Positions 51,676-64,000 of a stretch of DNA of 64,000 nt are shown here, piece by piece. Position numbers and translations under genes: made by a program. A model generated the notes under the pieces. That model did no database searches. It was not told where the DNA came from and saw only the letters and a program-made list of their open reading frames with translations. The stretch comes from the human T2T-CHM13v2.0 reference genome, Homo sapiens: assembly GCF_009914755.1 (NCBI RefSeq), contig NC_060942.1; one strand, given 5' to 3'. Each line of letters opens with the position of its first letter. Within the stretch, counting starts at the first letter, position 1.

Positions 51676-52249
51676 TCAGTTCCTTCATCTATATAGTGAA
51701 ATGGTTGTACATGTCCAAAATTATAGAAATGATTTAGTAACTTAAGGTGAATCAAGATAATAGACTATCATGCAGCCATTAAAATAAAAATTACAAAAAC
51801 CTTGTAATAACATGGAAAAAAATTCTAAGTCAATGTTACATAGTGGTAGAAAAATATTTTATTGCATTTTTGCTTCAGTAACTATACAAATAAAAATGCA
51901 TACACTACAAAAAAGGTGACAATAACTATTTAGGGTAGTTTAATAATGGGTTATTTAAATGACTGATAGCAGCTTGAAAAATCAGCGTTTTCAATAAACA
52001 ATGGAGTGGTTAGAATGATTGCTGCAGTCTCATCCAGCTATCAAACTCCATGATCCTTTGATAATACATTCATGTTAATGTGTTCAACAAGTATAAATGA
52101 GATAAGGAGCTCCTCATCAAGATAAAAGATCCATTTTAAAAATCTGGAGAAAGTGCCTTTATGAAAAAGCCATGACTGTATAGATTTGTTTGTTTCATAT
52201 AGTTTTAAAATAAGGGAAAGATGATATGTCCCTTCTCCAAAGTTTTTCC

Positions 52250-52490
52250 TGACTCCAGGAAGGGTTAGGCACACTAGTTCCTTCCTTGTATCTTTAATAG
52301 AGACAGCACTTTACACATGGCACAAGGACTGTTTGTTTGTACATCTGACTTTCTTTGGAAACTGTGACCCCCATGAAAGTAAGCATACGACTTTATTCAA
52401 TTTTGACTCTCCAGAACCCAGCTAAGTGCTTGGCATACAGGTGGGGCCAAATTCAATGTTAGCTTTAAGAAATGAATAAATGAATAAGAG
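52250..52490 (+). mobile_element. L2 LINE 3' end
   Basis: GTTTGTTTGTACATCTGACTTTC..GAAACTGTGACCCCCATGAAAGTAAG...CCAGAACCCAGCTAAGTGCTTGGCATACAGGTGG...AATGAATAAATGAATAA. Confidence 0.7.
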
Positions 52491-53140
52491 AAAATGAGTA
52501 TAGGTGGATTAGCATCCTTCCTTTGAAGACAGATACACCACAGGTGCTCAAGGGCTTGGGTCCTATCCCAGGGCCAGTGGTTTTCTTTCTGTTTGTTTTC
52601 GCCTCAAGCCATTTTCATATACATTGGCCACTAGGGCATCTTCTTGTTGCCAGAGAAACATGATTTACACTTCACCTCACAGGCTGAAGGTTTGGCAGAC
52701 CAGACTCATTAAACTTCAGAGTGTTACATGTGCCCCTTCCTTGCTTATTGTTTTAGTCAGCATTGCTAATAAGCCACCCTTGCCCCTACTGATTTATTTT
52801 CTAGCTGGGCTCATCTTTACAGAGTATGCTAGAAGGTTCTCCAACAACCTCTTTCACTCCCATAGAGAGGACCATGAGTATGTTGGGGGCTGTGTTGGTC
52901 CTCTGATCCTCTTCAGAGAGAGAAACTATATTCCCTAAAGCACATTAATGTAGCACTTCTATCAGTGCCTCTGGGGCACCCAAAGAAGTAGTCCTGGACA
53001 GGAGTTCAACAGGGTTTCTGGATACAGAGGCATATAAAAAACAATTTGATTTTTAACTTATTAAGAGTTTTTAGTTCATAATTTTTTTCTATTACTCAGA
53101 ATACTCCCCATCCATTCTCTATCTTTAAAAGTTCTACTTG

Positions 53141-53478
53141 TGCTGGAAACAGTGGCTCATGCCTGTAATTTCAGTGTTTTGGGAGGCTGAGACAGGAGAA
53201 TTGCTTGAGGCCAGGGGTTCATGACCAGCCTGGAAAACATAATGAGACCCCCATTTCTACAAAAAAAAAAAAATTTAAATAAAAAGTCGGGAATAGTGGC
53301 ACATGCCTGTAGTCTCAGCTACTCGGGAGGCTGAGGCGGGAGGACCGTTTGAGCTGAGAATTTGAGGCTGCTGTGAGACATGTTCACACCACTGCACTCC
53401 AGCCTGGGTGACAAAGTGAGACCCTGTCTCTTAAATAAATAAATTAAATTAAATTAGAAGTCATAAATAAATAAATAA
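53141..53478 (+). mobile_element. Alu SINE (AluJ-like)
   Basis: CAGTGGCTCATGCCTGTAAT...TTGAGGCTGCTGTGAG...CCACTGCACTCCAGCCTGGGTGACAAAGTGAGACCCTGTCTC with a TAAA-type tail. Confidence 0.95.
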
Positions 53479-53569
53479 CAAAAGTCCCCTTGCAAATGGC
53501 TTTTCTAATCAGCATTAAATATTCCCAAATCTGTTTTTTCTAGATACCTCCTTGTGTATCTCTTACTTC

Positions 53570-54355
53570 ACAACTCAGCCCATTCAAAGTGTTGTCCACA
53601 ATTACTGTCTTCATTTCCTCTCAGCTTTCACCTTCCATACCCTCTTTAACTCACTGCTCCACTGAAACTGTTTTCCCAAAGGCCAGTGATGATCTCTGCC
53701 AGTAAATCCAGTGAACCTTTTACTCCACACATATTATGTGGCTTCTGCATCTATGGACACTGTCCCCACTCCCTCACTGAAACACTTGTGTTCGCTTTCC
53801 TTGACTTCTGGGAGACTCCAGTCATTTGGTTTTTCTTCTACCTCTCTAGCAATTTCTTCAGGGACTTTTCTTTTACCCACACCTTAAATGTCAAGGTCTA
53901 TCTGAGTTCTGTTTTCCTTTGCCTTTGTCTTCCTGGGTAAGTTCATCTATTCCCATGACTTCAGAATTTCCTATGTGCTGAAGATTTCCAGCCTGATCTT
54001 TTTCCTGAGCTCCAGAACCACCATACCATATAGTGAACACCTCCATTTGAACATCCTAGAGGCAACTCAAATTCAACATGTCGAAAAAAAACTCATTATT
54101 CTACTTCCACAGACATGTACCCCTTTTATATTCTTCTTTATCTCTGTGAATGGTCAGACCATCTACCCCCTTACTTGAACTAGGAACCTACTAGTCATCT
54201 CCAATTCTGTCTTTTCCTGCTCGTTTTTCTCTCCTACATCCAACCAATCGCCAAATCCTGTTACTTCACCTTCCTCAGTAGTTCAAATCCATTCACTTCT
54301 CTTTTTCCCACTGCTGATAACTTAGTTCAGGTTACTATCACCTTTCACCTGTACG
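53570..54355 (+). mobile_element. L2 LINE, RT-region fragment
   Basis: CTCCACTGAAACTG..CAAAGGCCAGTGATGATCTC (STET..K...DL), GCATCTATGGACACTGT, TGGTTTTTCTTCTACCTCTCT (WF..YLS), TCCTGAGCTCCAGA, CTCAAATTCAACATGTC. Confidence 0.75.
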
Positions 54356-54704
54356 ATTTTGCTTATTTTACCTCTAAGCTTAAAAGATATAGTATAATGA
54401 GACCCATAATACGATAATTACCTTCTCCTTATAGCCAAATTTTTCCCATTAGCCTAAGTGTATCACAGTTCCATGTGGTTACTTTGTCTTGATCTTCACA
54501 TTGGTTACAGATTTAAAATGTGGTCTTTCCTAGAAAAGCATTGTATCTTCAAGTATGCAATACATGGACTAGATACACAAGAATGCCACAACAGTTCAAT
54601 AGTTTTCTCTACTCCCTGCTATCCTTAACTTTGCAATTGGAATTCACTTTCTGTCTCAATCACAATTTCAGCTCCAACATGGTGTTAATCAACCAGGACT
54701 CAGA

Positions 54705-54925
54705 AGTGCAGAGTATTACAAGTGCAGGCTCTAGAACCTATATGCTTAAGTTATAATATTTACTGCATGACTCAGGGTAAAACATTTAACATCCCTGGGC
54801 CTAGTTTACCCATCAGTAATATAAGGATATTAATAGCATCTATCTCAAAAAATTATTAGGAGGATAAAATTTGTTACAAATGAGCACAATACAAGTAAAG
54901 GAATTAGGTAAACGCCTGGCACACA
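54705..54925 (+). mobile_element. MIR SINE
   Basis: GTGCAGGCTCTAGAACC...CTGGGCCTAGTTTACCCATCAGTAATATAAGGATATTAATAGCATCTATCTCA...GCCTGGCACACAG. Confidence 0.65.
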
Positions 54926-55186
54926 GCAAAATCTGTTGGCCTTTTCTATGATTTTTTGATTGGCTTATCTCTTCCCCTCTAGTTTTCCTGAGCCTACTCC
55001 TCATGCCCACAACTAAATTGCCCTCCTTCTATCACTAGGAGCACATTTTCTGGCATCCCGTCTTCTCTCCAGGCCAGCCTCACATCTGTACCCAAAGGTA
55101 GGTGTTATGATCTTCATTTTAGAAATGAAATCAAAGAGTTGAGGCACAGATGTGATCCTAACAGAGAAGGAGTCAGTAAATGTCAG

Positions 55187-55579
55187 TGATATGGTTTGGG
55201 TCTCTGTCCCCGCCCAAATCTCATGACTAATTGTCATCCCCAATGTTGCAGGCAGGGCCTGGTGGGAGATAATTGGATCATGGAAGTGGATTTTCCCCTT
55301 GGTACTCTCATGACAACAGTAAGTTCTCATGAGAACTGGTTGTTTAAAAGTGTATAGCACCTCTCGCCCTTTCTCTTTCTGCTCTGGCCATGGGATGTGC
55401 CTGCTTCTCTTTCACCTTGTGCAATGAGGGTAACTTTCCTGAGGCCTCCCTAGAAGTCAAGCAGATGCACATTGCTTCCTGTACTGCCTGCAGAACCATG
55501 AGCCACTTGAACCTCTTTTCTTTATAAATTGCCTAGTCTCTGGTATTTCTTTATAGCAGTGTGAGAACAGACTAATACA
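55187..55579 (+). mobile_element. MST (MSTA/B-like) MaLR solo LTR
   Basis: TGATATGGTTTGGGTCTCTGTCCCCGCCCAAATCTCATG...GCCTGCAGAACCATGAGCCA...GAGAACAGACTAATACA. Perfect TSD GTCAG at 55182-55186 and 55580-55584. Confidence 0.95.
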
Positions 55580-56437
55580 GTCAGAGACAGGACCAGATCT
55601 CAGCAGCTCAGAAATTTGCATTTAGGGCTCTTCTCAGCTTCTGGAAGAGAATTTTCTTTTTTGTTGAACAGGGAATACTTCCATGTGCTCTGCATGAAGC
55701 ATTATTTCTAAATGAGAGAAAAAGGTGGCTGTCAAATGATGGCTCCATCCTGCCATGCTGCCTACAATTCTCATCATTAAAGAGGCTTCCTAAAATATCC
55801 TGGAGAAACTTTCTGAAGGGAGGTCATTCTTAACATCTTCCTTCCATGCCACTTTTTTTTTGTTACCTCAGAGTACCTTATTTATATTTCCATGAAAACT
55901 TAGCACATTTTATTATAGTGAGTTGTTTCTGTGTCTCTCCCTAAACCCCACCCAACAGATTGTGAGCTGAGAAGGGAAACACATCTCACTAATCTTTAAG
56001 TTCCTAGTGCCCATCTTGAGGCCTATCCCATGGAATATAATTCAATAAAAGTGTATTTTATGATTTAGTAAATATATTCTTGAACTGAATCAAAACACAA
56101 AGTATTTGAAAAATGGCAATATCCCAAGGGAATGTTTTAGATGCTGCTGCACAAACCAGAATACATCAAAACTCTCACGGGATTAAATATAGACCAGCTG
56201 GTTTTGATGGCAGGACATGTTCAGCTGCAAATAACAAAATATCCAATTAAAAGTGGCTCAAATTTTAAGGGTGCTATATATTGCTTATTTCACAAGATGT
56301 TCAAAGGCAGACAGTCCCTGGGCATCAGTGAACCAAAGGAGAGATGACAAGGGTACAGAAAGATCAACTTTTTCTCCTCTGAAGCATAATCCAAATTGCC
56401 TTGCCAGCTTTTTCTCTCCTCATTTTAAACTTCCATG

Positions 56438-56768
56438 GGCTGGGCAAGGTGCCTCACGCCTGTAATCCCAGCACTTTCGGAGGCTGAGGCAGGCAGATCA
56501 CAAGGTCAGGAGATCAAGACCATCCTGGCTAACACGATGAAACCCTGTCTCTACTAAAAATACAAAAAATTAGCCAGGCGTGGTGGCACGCGCCCGTAGT
56601 CCCAGCTACTCAGGAGGCTGAGGCAGGAGAATCACTTGAATCTGGGAGGCAGAGGTTGCAGTGAGTCGAGATTGTGCTACTGCATGCACTCCAGCCTGGG
56701 CAATAGAGCCAGACTCTGTCTCAAAAAAATAAAATTAAATAAATAAATAAATAAATAAATATAAAAAA
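56438..56768 (+). mobile_element. Alu SINE (AluSc-like)
   Basis: Diagnostic GATCACAAGGTCAGGAGATCAAGACCATCCTGGCTAACACG. TSD TAAACTTCCATG at 56426-56437 and 56769-56780. Confidence 0.96.
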
Positions 56769-59433
56769 TAAACTTCCATGAAACTTCCTCCTAATACTAC
56801 TTGTCCATAACTTGCTTCCGTTTTATGTCCATAGCTCACTTCCCAAGTGGATGTTCAACTGGCCAAGAGGAAGAATAGTGTCTTATATGTATTTGTATCT
56901 GCCCCTGTGATATTTATTCTGCCTTGGTTGGCATTAACAGCTTAGTCATCATTTGAGTAATTGATTGATTCAAAGTTTTACTCATGTCCCACACACAAGG
57001 GATTTCTACAAGTAATGCACGTTTATTATGGAACACAGGCTTCAGGTGGTGAGGGGGCAAAGTGTGCACCTGTTCACCCAGCAAACAAACCCAAACCCAC
57101 TTTAATTTTCTTGATTCTCTGGACGAATCTCTCGTGAGGATGCATTTCTGGTGAGTTCCTCAGAGCATGTCTTTATGCTGCCAACATTGCCACAATTTTA
57201 TCTGGATTGAGTTGAAGCCTTGTTGATTTAATCAAGAAATTTATTTCTGACAGACAGCTGGGTAGCATTTGTCACTGTGTTTTGAATCCAAAGTCAGAGA
57301 GATTGAGAGTCAGTGTCATCACTCTTTGGGTGGTGGTGAACCACAAACATGGTTTATTTACACCATAAATTGTTATTTGTTGTTTCTTACAATGCACATA
57401 AACCCATAGGCTAAACAACAAGAATACTTTATACATTTTACAAATAAAGACACGAATGCTCTGGAATGAATACTACTTTGTTGTCCGAGTTTGGGTGCTT
57501 CATTCAGACTACCTGTTCTCTTTAATCTAAACATTTTTCCCACTTATATCAGTCAATGGTGCAAAAATTAAATATATGTGCCATCAAAACATCTCCCCTC
57601 TCTTGGCACATATTCAGTAGAGGACACTGCTCTTGGCCTCACATCTCACAGATTCCCTGACAGCCTCAGCAGGGAAGATATGTGAGACTATCCATAAAAA
57701 ATGTGAGGTTAGTGTAGACATTCTGTCAATGAACAGAAAAGTAATTCAGAGCTCCTTCCAGAATTCTGCTCTCTATAGTATTTACCAACTGAAGTCAATT
57801 TGGAAGAAAAGTCCCCATGCAGAGAAGCCAGGAGCCCTAACCACATGAACACATGATTTTTCAAATAATTAGATGTTTCGTAACCCATCACAACCACCAC
57901 CCATTATTCAGGGTGAAGGCAAACCAAACATGTTTTATCTCACCTTAAAGATTAATGAACTTGTATCTCAAGTTCAATCTCAAGGAGAGAGGTTATAAAT
58001 TTGTAATTTTCCAGTATTCTTAGGAGGTTGATGTCCATATGTAGAGTCAGGCAGTTGTTACAGTAAATGAAATCTAGAAAAATCAAATTTAGATTAGTTA
58101 TATGGGTAATTATTTGTTTCTGTACCTGTTTGTCCCTAGAAGGATTTAAAGTAGAATTGAAAAGTATATATAGTATAAGACGGTGCATTTATTTGGAGTA
58201 GAAACACAAATTTGTCTCTATGCTTTCAGAGAACTGCAACAACAAAAAAGAAGCTAGCAATCACATCGTTCAGTGTTTGGAAGATAAAAATCAAGCCAGA
58301 TGCACAGGAGAAGTGTGGTATTTTGGTACTAAGAGCAGAGGAAAAACAGTCTCATGTAGTGAACAAAATCTTTTTAAAAAATGCATCCAGAGTAGGACTG
58401 CATTAATGATTTTACTAGGGTTATTTCTTAGAAAGTCTATATGGCCATTGACATGACAATGAAGTTAAACATAGCAGTAACATTTTCTGCTGTTAATTGT
58501 ATAGATAAATTAGGCGTCTGATTAGGAAATTAGCAAGTGACGACATTTGTTTATCACCTGTCAGGGCAGCCTGCTGAGTAATTTGCATTACAGCTTAGAG
58601 GTGGGCATAAAAATTGAAAGCAATTTTTCTTTTTAAAAAAATACTCTAAAATTAAGAGACAGATGGGCTGTTACTGACTGTGCTGTGGCTTTTTGAAAAG
58701 CTTCCTAAGATTTCTTGGACCCAGAGGCTGTACCTATCCAAGTATCCTAAAGTAGAGATATAATTATTCAGAAACTTTGGCAGGAGAGAAAAAAAAAAAG
58801 GAACTTTTCACTAAAATGGCAGTTGTATTTAAATTTATATAGTCTGGCTATGTCATCGACCAAATCACTATATAGCTTTCTTAAATTTCTAGCCCCTCTG
58901 CCAATGCATTAGCTTCTCCCAGGGTATCAATTACTGCAAGCCATTTTTTGGAAGATACTCAGAGACAGCTATCCTAGCAGTTAAGTAAACTGTAACCATC
59001 ACCCAATCCAATCTGTTATTTCTATAACCCCTACCTGTGTACTAAATTTCAGTGAAATCTATCAAATATTACAGAAGATACGCCTGTTTGATAAGTTTGC
59101 TCAGTTTCCATTTTGTCTTAAGATGAATGACTCTGATAAAAATACATCTTGATATCCCATCATACAGTACTCAATTTCAGCAGAATAGGTCAATGTAGAA
59201 CAAACTCATACTAAAACAAAAAGTTTCATGGAATCCAAAGACAGCAATATTTCAGCAGGATGAAAAACCCCATGAACTGCCTACTGATAGAATGTTACAC
59301 CTTTTAGTAAAACTCCAATGAGATTGTGCACTCAAAGCTCTCTGGGCTCAGGTCAACCTTCTGTACTGTGGAAGAGCCCATACTGCTCTTTCTGTAACAT
59401 ACACAAACTCCTTATTGTTCCCAAGAAAAGGTC

Positions 59434-59901
59434 TATGGTAGGGTGTATTTTCCAAGACAGCTGCAGCAATGTCCTCCATCTTTTTGTCCTTTCACAGTGT
59501 GATTTTGACCCTCCCCAACAAGAGGCAGGGTCTATTCCTCTACTCTCTAAACCTGGTGGGCTCTATGGTGGCTTTGATTCATAGAATAGAGCAAAGTAAT
59601 GCTGTGCCCCTTCCTGGTATAACCTTTAACTGGCCAGGCATCTTCCATCTCCTGCCTCTTGGAGCCCTTGTAAGAAGCCTATGACAGATAAGCACTTGGA
59701 GGAATACTGAGGCCCCCGATATATGAGTGAAATGTTCGCCCTCTCAGACATCCCGCTCCACTGAGCTTTCAGGTGATGTAGCCCCAGCTATTCTGAGTAC
59801 AACTGTGTAAGACACCCCAGCAGAGCCACATCAACTCACAGAACCATGACGGATCATTCTAAATTGTTTTTAAGCCACTAAGTTTGGAGATAATTTGAAA
59901 C
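59434..59901 (+). mobile_element. MaLR solo LTR (MLT1G/H-like)
   Basis: GTATTTTCCAAGACAGCTGCAGCAAT...AAGAGGCAGGGTCTATTCCTC..GGCTTTGATTCATAGAATAGAGCAAAGTAATGCTGTGC...CTCACAGAACCATGA..TTGTTTTTAAGCCACTAAGTTTGGAG. Confidence 0.75.
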
Positions 59902-60119
59902 CAGCCAAATTGTCTGGCTCTGTGCTTCTTCTCATGCCAGTTCCAACTGCTTAGAACTATATTCCTCCTTATTTCTGTCTTTTGAAATCTCACCCACTCA
60001 TCAAAAGTTAACTAACTCAATTCCCCTAGCCAGCAGTAACCTCTCTCTCCTGTCTAGGCTCATAATAATTTGTTCATATTTCTCTTCTATGAGTTTTCAC
60101 TGACAGGATATAAAACTCT

Positions 60120-60760
60120 TTATTCATGGATTCATTCATTTCAAAGTATTTACGGAGTGCCTCCTAAGTGCTAAGCAAAAATGAATACAATACAGTGCAT
60201 GACATCAAAGAAATTCCTAAGAGGAGTGACACAGATACACAAGATGGAGGTTCAGTGACTGTGGTACATACAGACAGCCTCACATTAAGAAACTTTGAGA
60301 AGGGAGGCCAGGAAGAGAAGTAGGGAAATCCTGCAGGGAATAAGTAAGCCCAGCAAGAAGGCGCAGAGCATTCCCTATAAAAAGGACCACATGTGCAAGT
60401 GAAATTTCCTAGAGGTAGGGGCAATGCGGTGCTTCTGGGAAACTGCAAATATTTCAGCACTACTCGGGTGCAAAACAGGAATCAGAGTGGTCAGAATACC
60501 AGAGAGGAAGGGCATACAATGATAGAGAGCCTCCTACACCATGTTAAAGAACTGGGATTTTTTTCCCCAAAGAGACACCCTAAGGAGACCTTCAAGAATT
60601 GCTAGAAGAATGCCATGGTCAGATTAGTTCTGTAATTTATTTCTTAGCATGTATATGAACAGTGAAGTTGAAGAGGGCAAGTATGAGAGAAGAGAGAGTT
60701 AAATTAGTCATCCATGGCAATAGGCCATTCCAGAGATGGCACAGCCTGTTCTAGAGCAAT
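60120..60760 (-). mobile_element. L2 LINE 3' fragment
   Basis: ATTCATTCATTTCAAAGTATTTACGGAGTGCCTCCTAAGTGCTAAG ... GGGAAACTGCAAATATTTCAGC ... CCATGTTAAAGAACTGGGATTTT. Confidence 0.65.
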
Positions 60761-60840
60761 GACTATGCTGGTGTGTACGAGAGTTAATCAAACCCAACTC
60801 ATGCATTGTAAGAGAAAAAACTAAAAATCTGGGAAAATAA

Positions 60841-61179
<339 letters not shown>

Positions 61180-61709
61180 TAAAATTCAGGTTAACTGATT
61201 CCTCACTTTTTCCATAATTATATTCTAAATTTAAAAATATTATTTTTAAATGTCATTTAAAAATAAAGTGAATAAATTTTAATTTAAAAACTTAATTTTA
61301 TCATTAAAGTTTTAAATTATATATATTTTTTTAATTTTAATTTCAACATATTTAGGGGTACAAGTGGTTTTTGGTTACATGGATGAATTATATAGCAGGA
61401 AAATTATATTTCTCACCTCCTAGATTATTTACTGTTTAAGTGACCAAGTACTACTCATCTTTATATTTCTTGTAACATGTGAGATAAATAGTGGGTGTTT
61501 AAAAGTGTTATTGAATTTAACTGATGTTTACTTCACGTTCTAGTGACAACAACTGAATGACATATACTATCACATAGCATAATTATGTGTACTATAATAA
61601 TATTCTTCCTTAAAACAAAAAAAAATGAATGTATATCAATTTCAAAACACATGATTCTGATGTGAAGAGTGAAATTTTTGGTGACAAACTGGGTCATCGT
61701 GTTTTCTAA

Positions 61710-62930
<1,221 letters not shown>

Positions 62931-63370
62931 TTGTCATGGCATTTTTAAGGAAAGTGTTTATTAATGCATATTTTCTCTATCAGTAATTACAAATCCTCTT
63001 CCTCTGCCAAGGACCAGCTCGGCACCAACTTTACCACCCAAGTTCACAGCCACCTCTCACTTCCTGAGATCCCATACTACCAAATATCTAGGGTACTTTA
63101 TTACTTTATTAATTCTTTCTCATATTTTTCTATGATGGTTTCACGTATGTTGATCTTGTTTCCTCAATGAAATTGTAAGCTTTTTGTGAGTAATAAGGAC
63201 AGCAATCTTTTTTTGTACTCCTTTCTCTTGCACACAGTGAGATCACAAAACATAGTTAGAAATATTTGACCAGACAGTTTGCAAGAGTCTTGACCTTATC
63301 CTTGCTTTTAAGGTATTTGTAAACAAAGGCACATGAAACAAATACGGTGTAGCATTTAAATGAAAAAGGT

Positions 63371-63510
63371 GGCCAGGTACGGTGACTCATGCTTATAATC
63401 CCAGCACTTTGGGAGGCTGAGTTAGGCAAAACCCTTGAGGCGACAAGTTCATGATCGGTCTGTGCAATGCAGCAAAACCCTGTCTCTATAAGAAAATTAA
63501 AAATTAAAAA
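63371..63510 (+). mobile_element. Free left Alu monomer (FLAM-like)
   Basis: Single monomer GGCCAGGTACGGTGACTCATGCTTATAATCCCAGC...CCCTGTCTCTA with an A-rich tail. TSD TAAA[T/G]GAAAAAGG at 63357-63369 and 63511-63523. Confidence 0.88.
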
Positions 63511-64000
63511 TAAAGGAAAAAGGCATAATGTCACAATGGGAGGGGAATAGTGAACAAATTAATATGAATTATTGTATTTATACTCTAAATGATAAAGTCT
63601 ATGCAATATTAATGTTTATAAGGTGTCATATAGTATACAAAGCCATCTCATAAACATTAACTTATTTACCTTAGAAAAAGATATACTAAGGAACATAGAG
63701 TAAAAAATTGTTGGAGCTGTATATCAAGCAATGAATTACCAACTTTATGTTAATCAGTCAAAGAAGGCTTCAGAAGTAATTGTGTGCCAAAATGAAGTTT
63801 TGTAGAGTTAAAGTGATATCATTTTATTGTCTTTGTCTATGAGATCTATAAAGGATTATATCTTCTCTGAGAGAATAAGCTGGATCTTGAAGATTTCATA
63901 AAATGATTTCAAACCTGGCATGGAATCTTGACAGGCAACTAAAAGCAAAATGAAGACACAAAAGGTTTTCTTCAGTACCATTGCCCTGAATCTAGAAGAA

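Overview
AT-rich, CpG-poor primate (human-like) intronic or intergenic DNA. I can support no intact protein-coding gene, RNA gene or CpG island, and almost every ORF in the track comes from Alu, THE1, L1 or microsatellite sequence, or is a chance ORF. The window holds two processed pseudogenes: an NPM1 copy with a 5' inversion and a large internal loss (6545-7193), and a near-full-length C15orf40/UPF0235 copy (36612-37170). It also has a complete THE1B-like LTR element with a 5-bp TSD, solo MaLR and ERVL LTRs, eight Alus plus a FLAM, several L1 3' ends, many MIR and L2 fossils, and DNA-transposon MITEs. The repeats leave two structures unexplained. One is a ~310-bp, ~84%-identical inverted repeat (29807-30114 / 33138-33445) that I do not recognise as a repeat family; it brackets the THE1 and has a perfect mini-hairpin at its inner edge. 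The other is a ~135-bp hairpin-bearing segment copied from an L1 into a neighbouring MLT1 LTR. Repeat subfamily names come from remembered consensus sequences, identities are hand counts, and the boundaries of old repeats are approximate. I found no evidence for a new multi-gene system.
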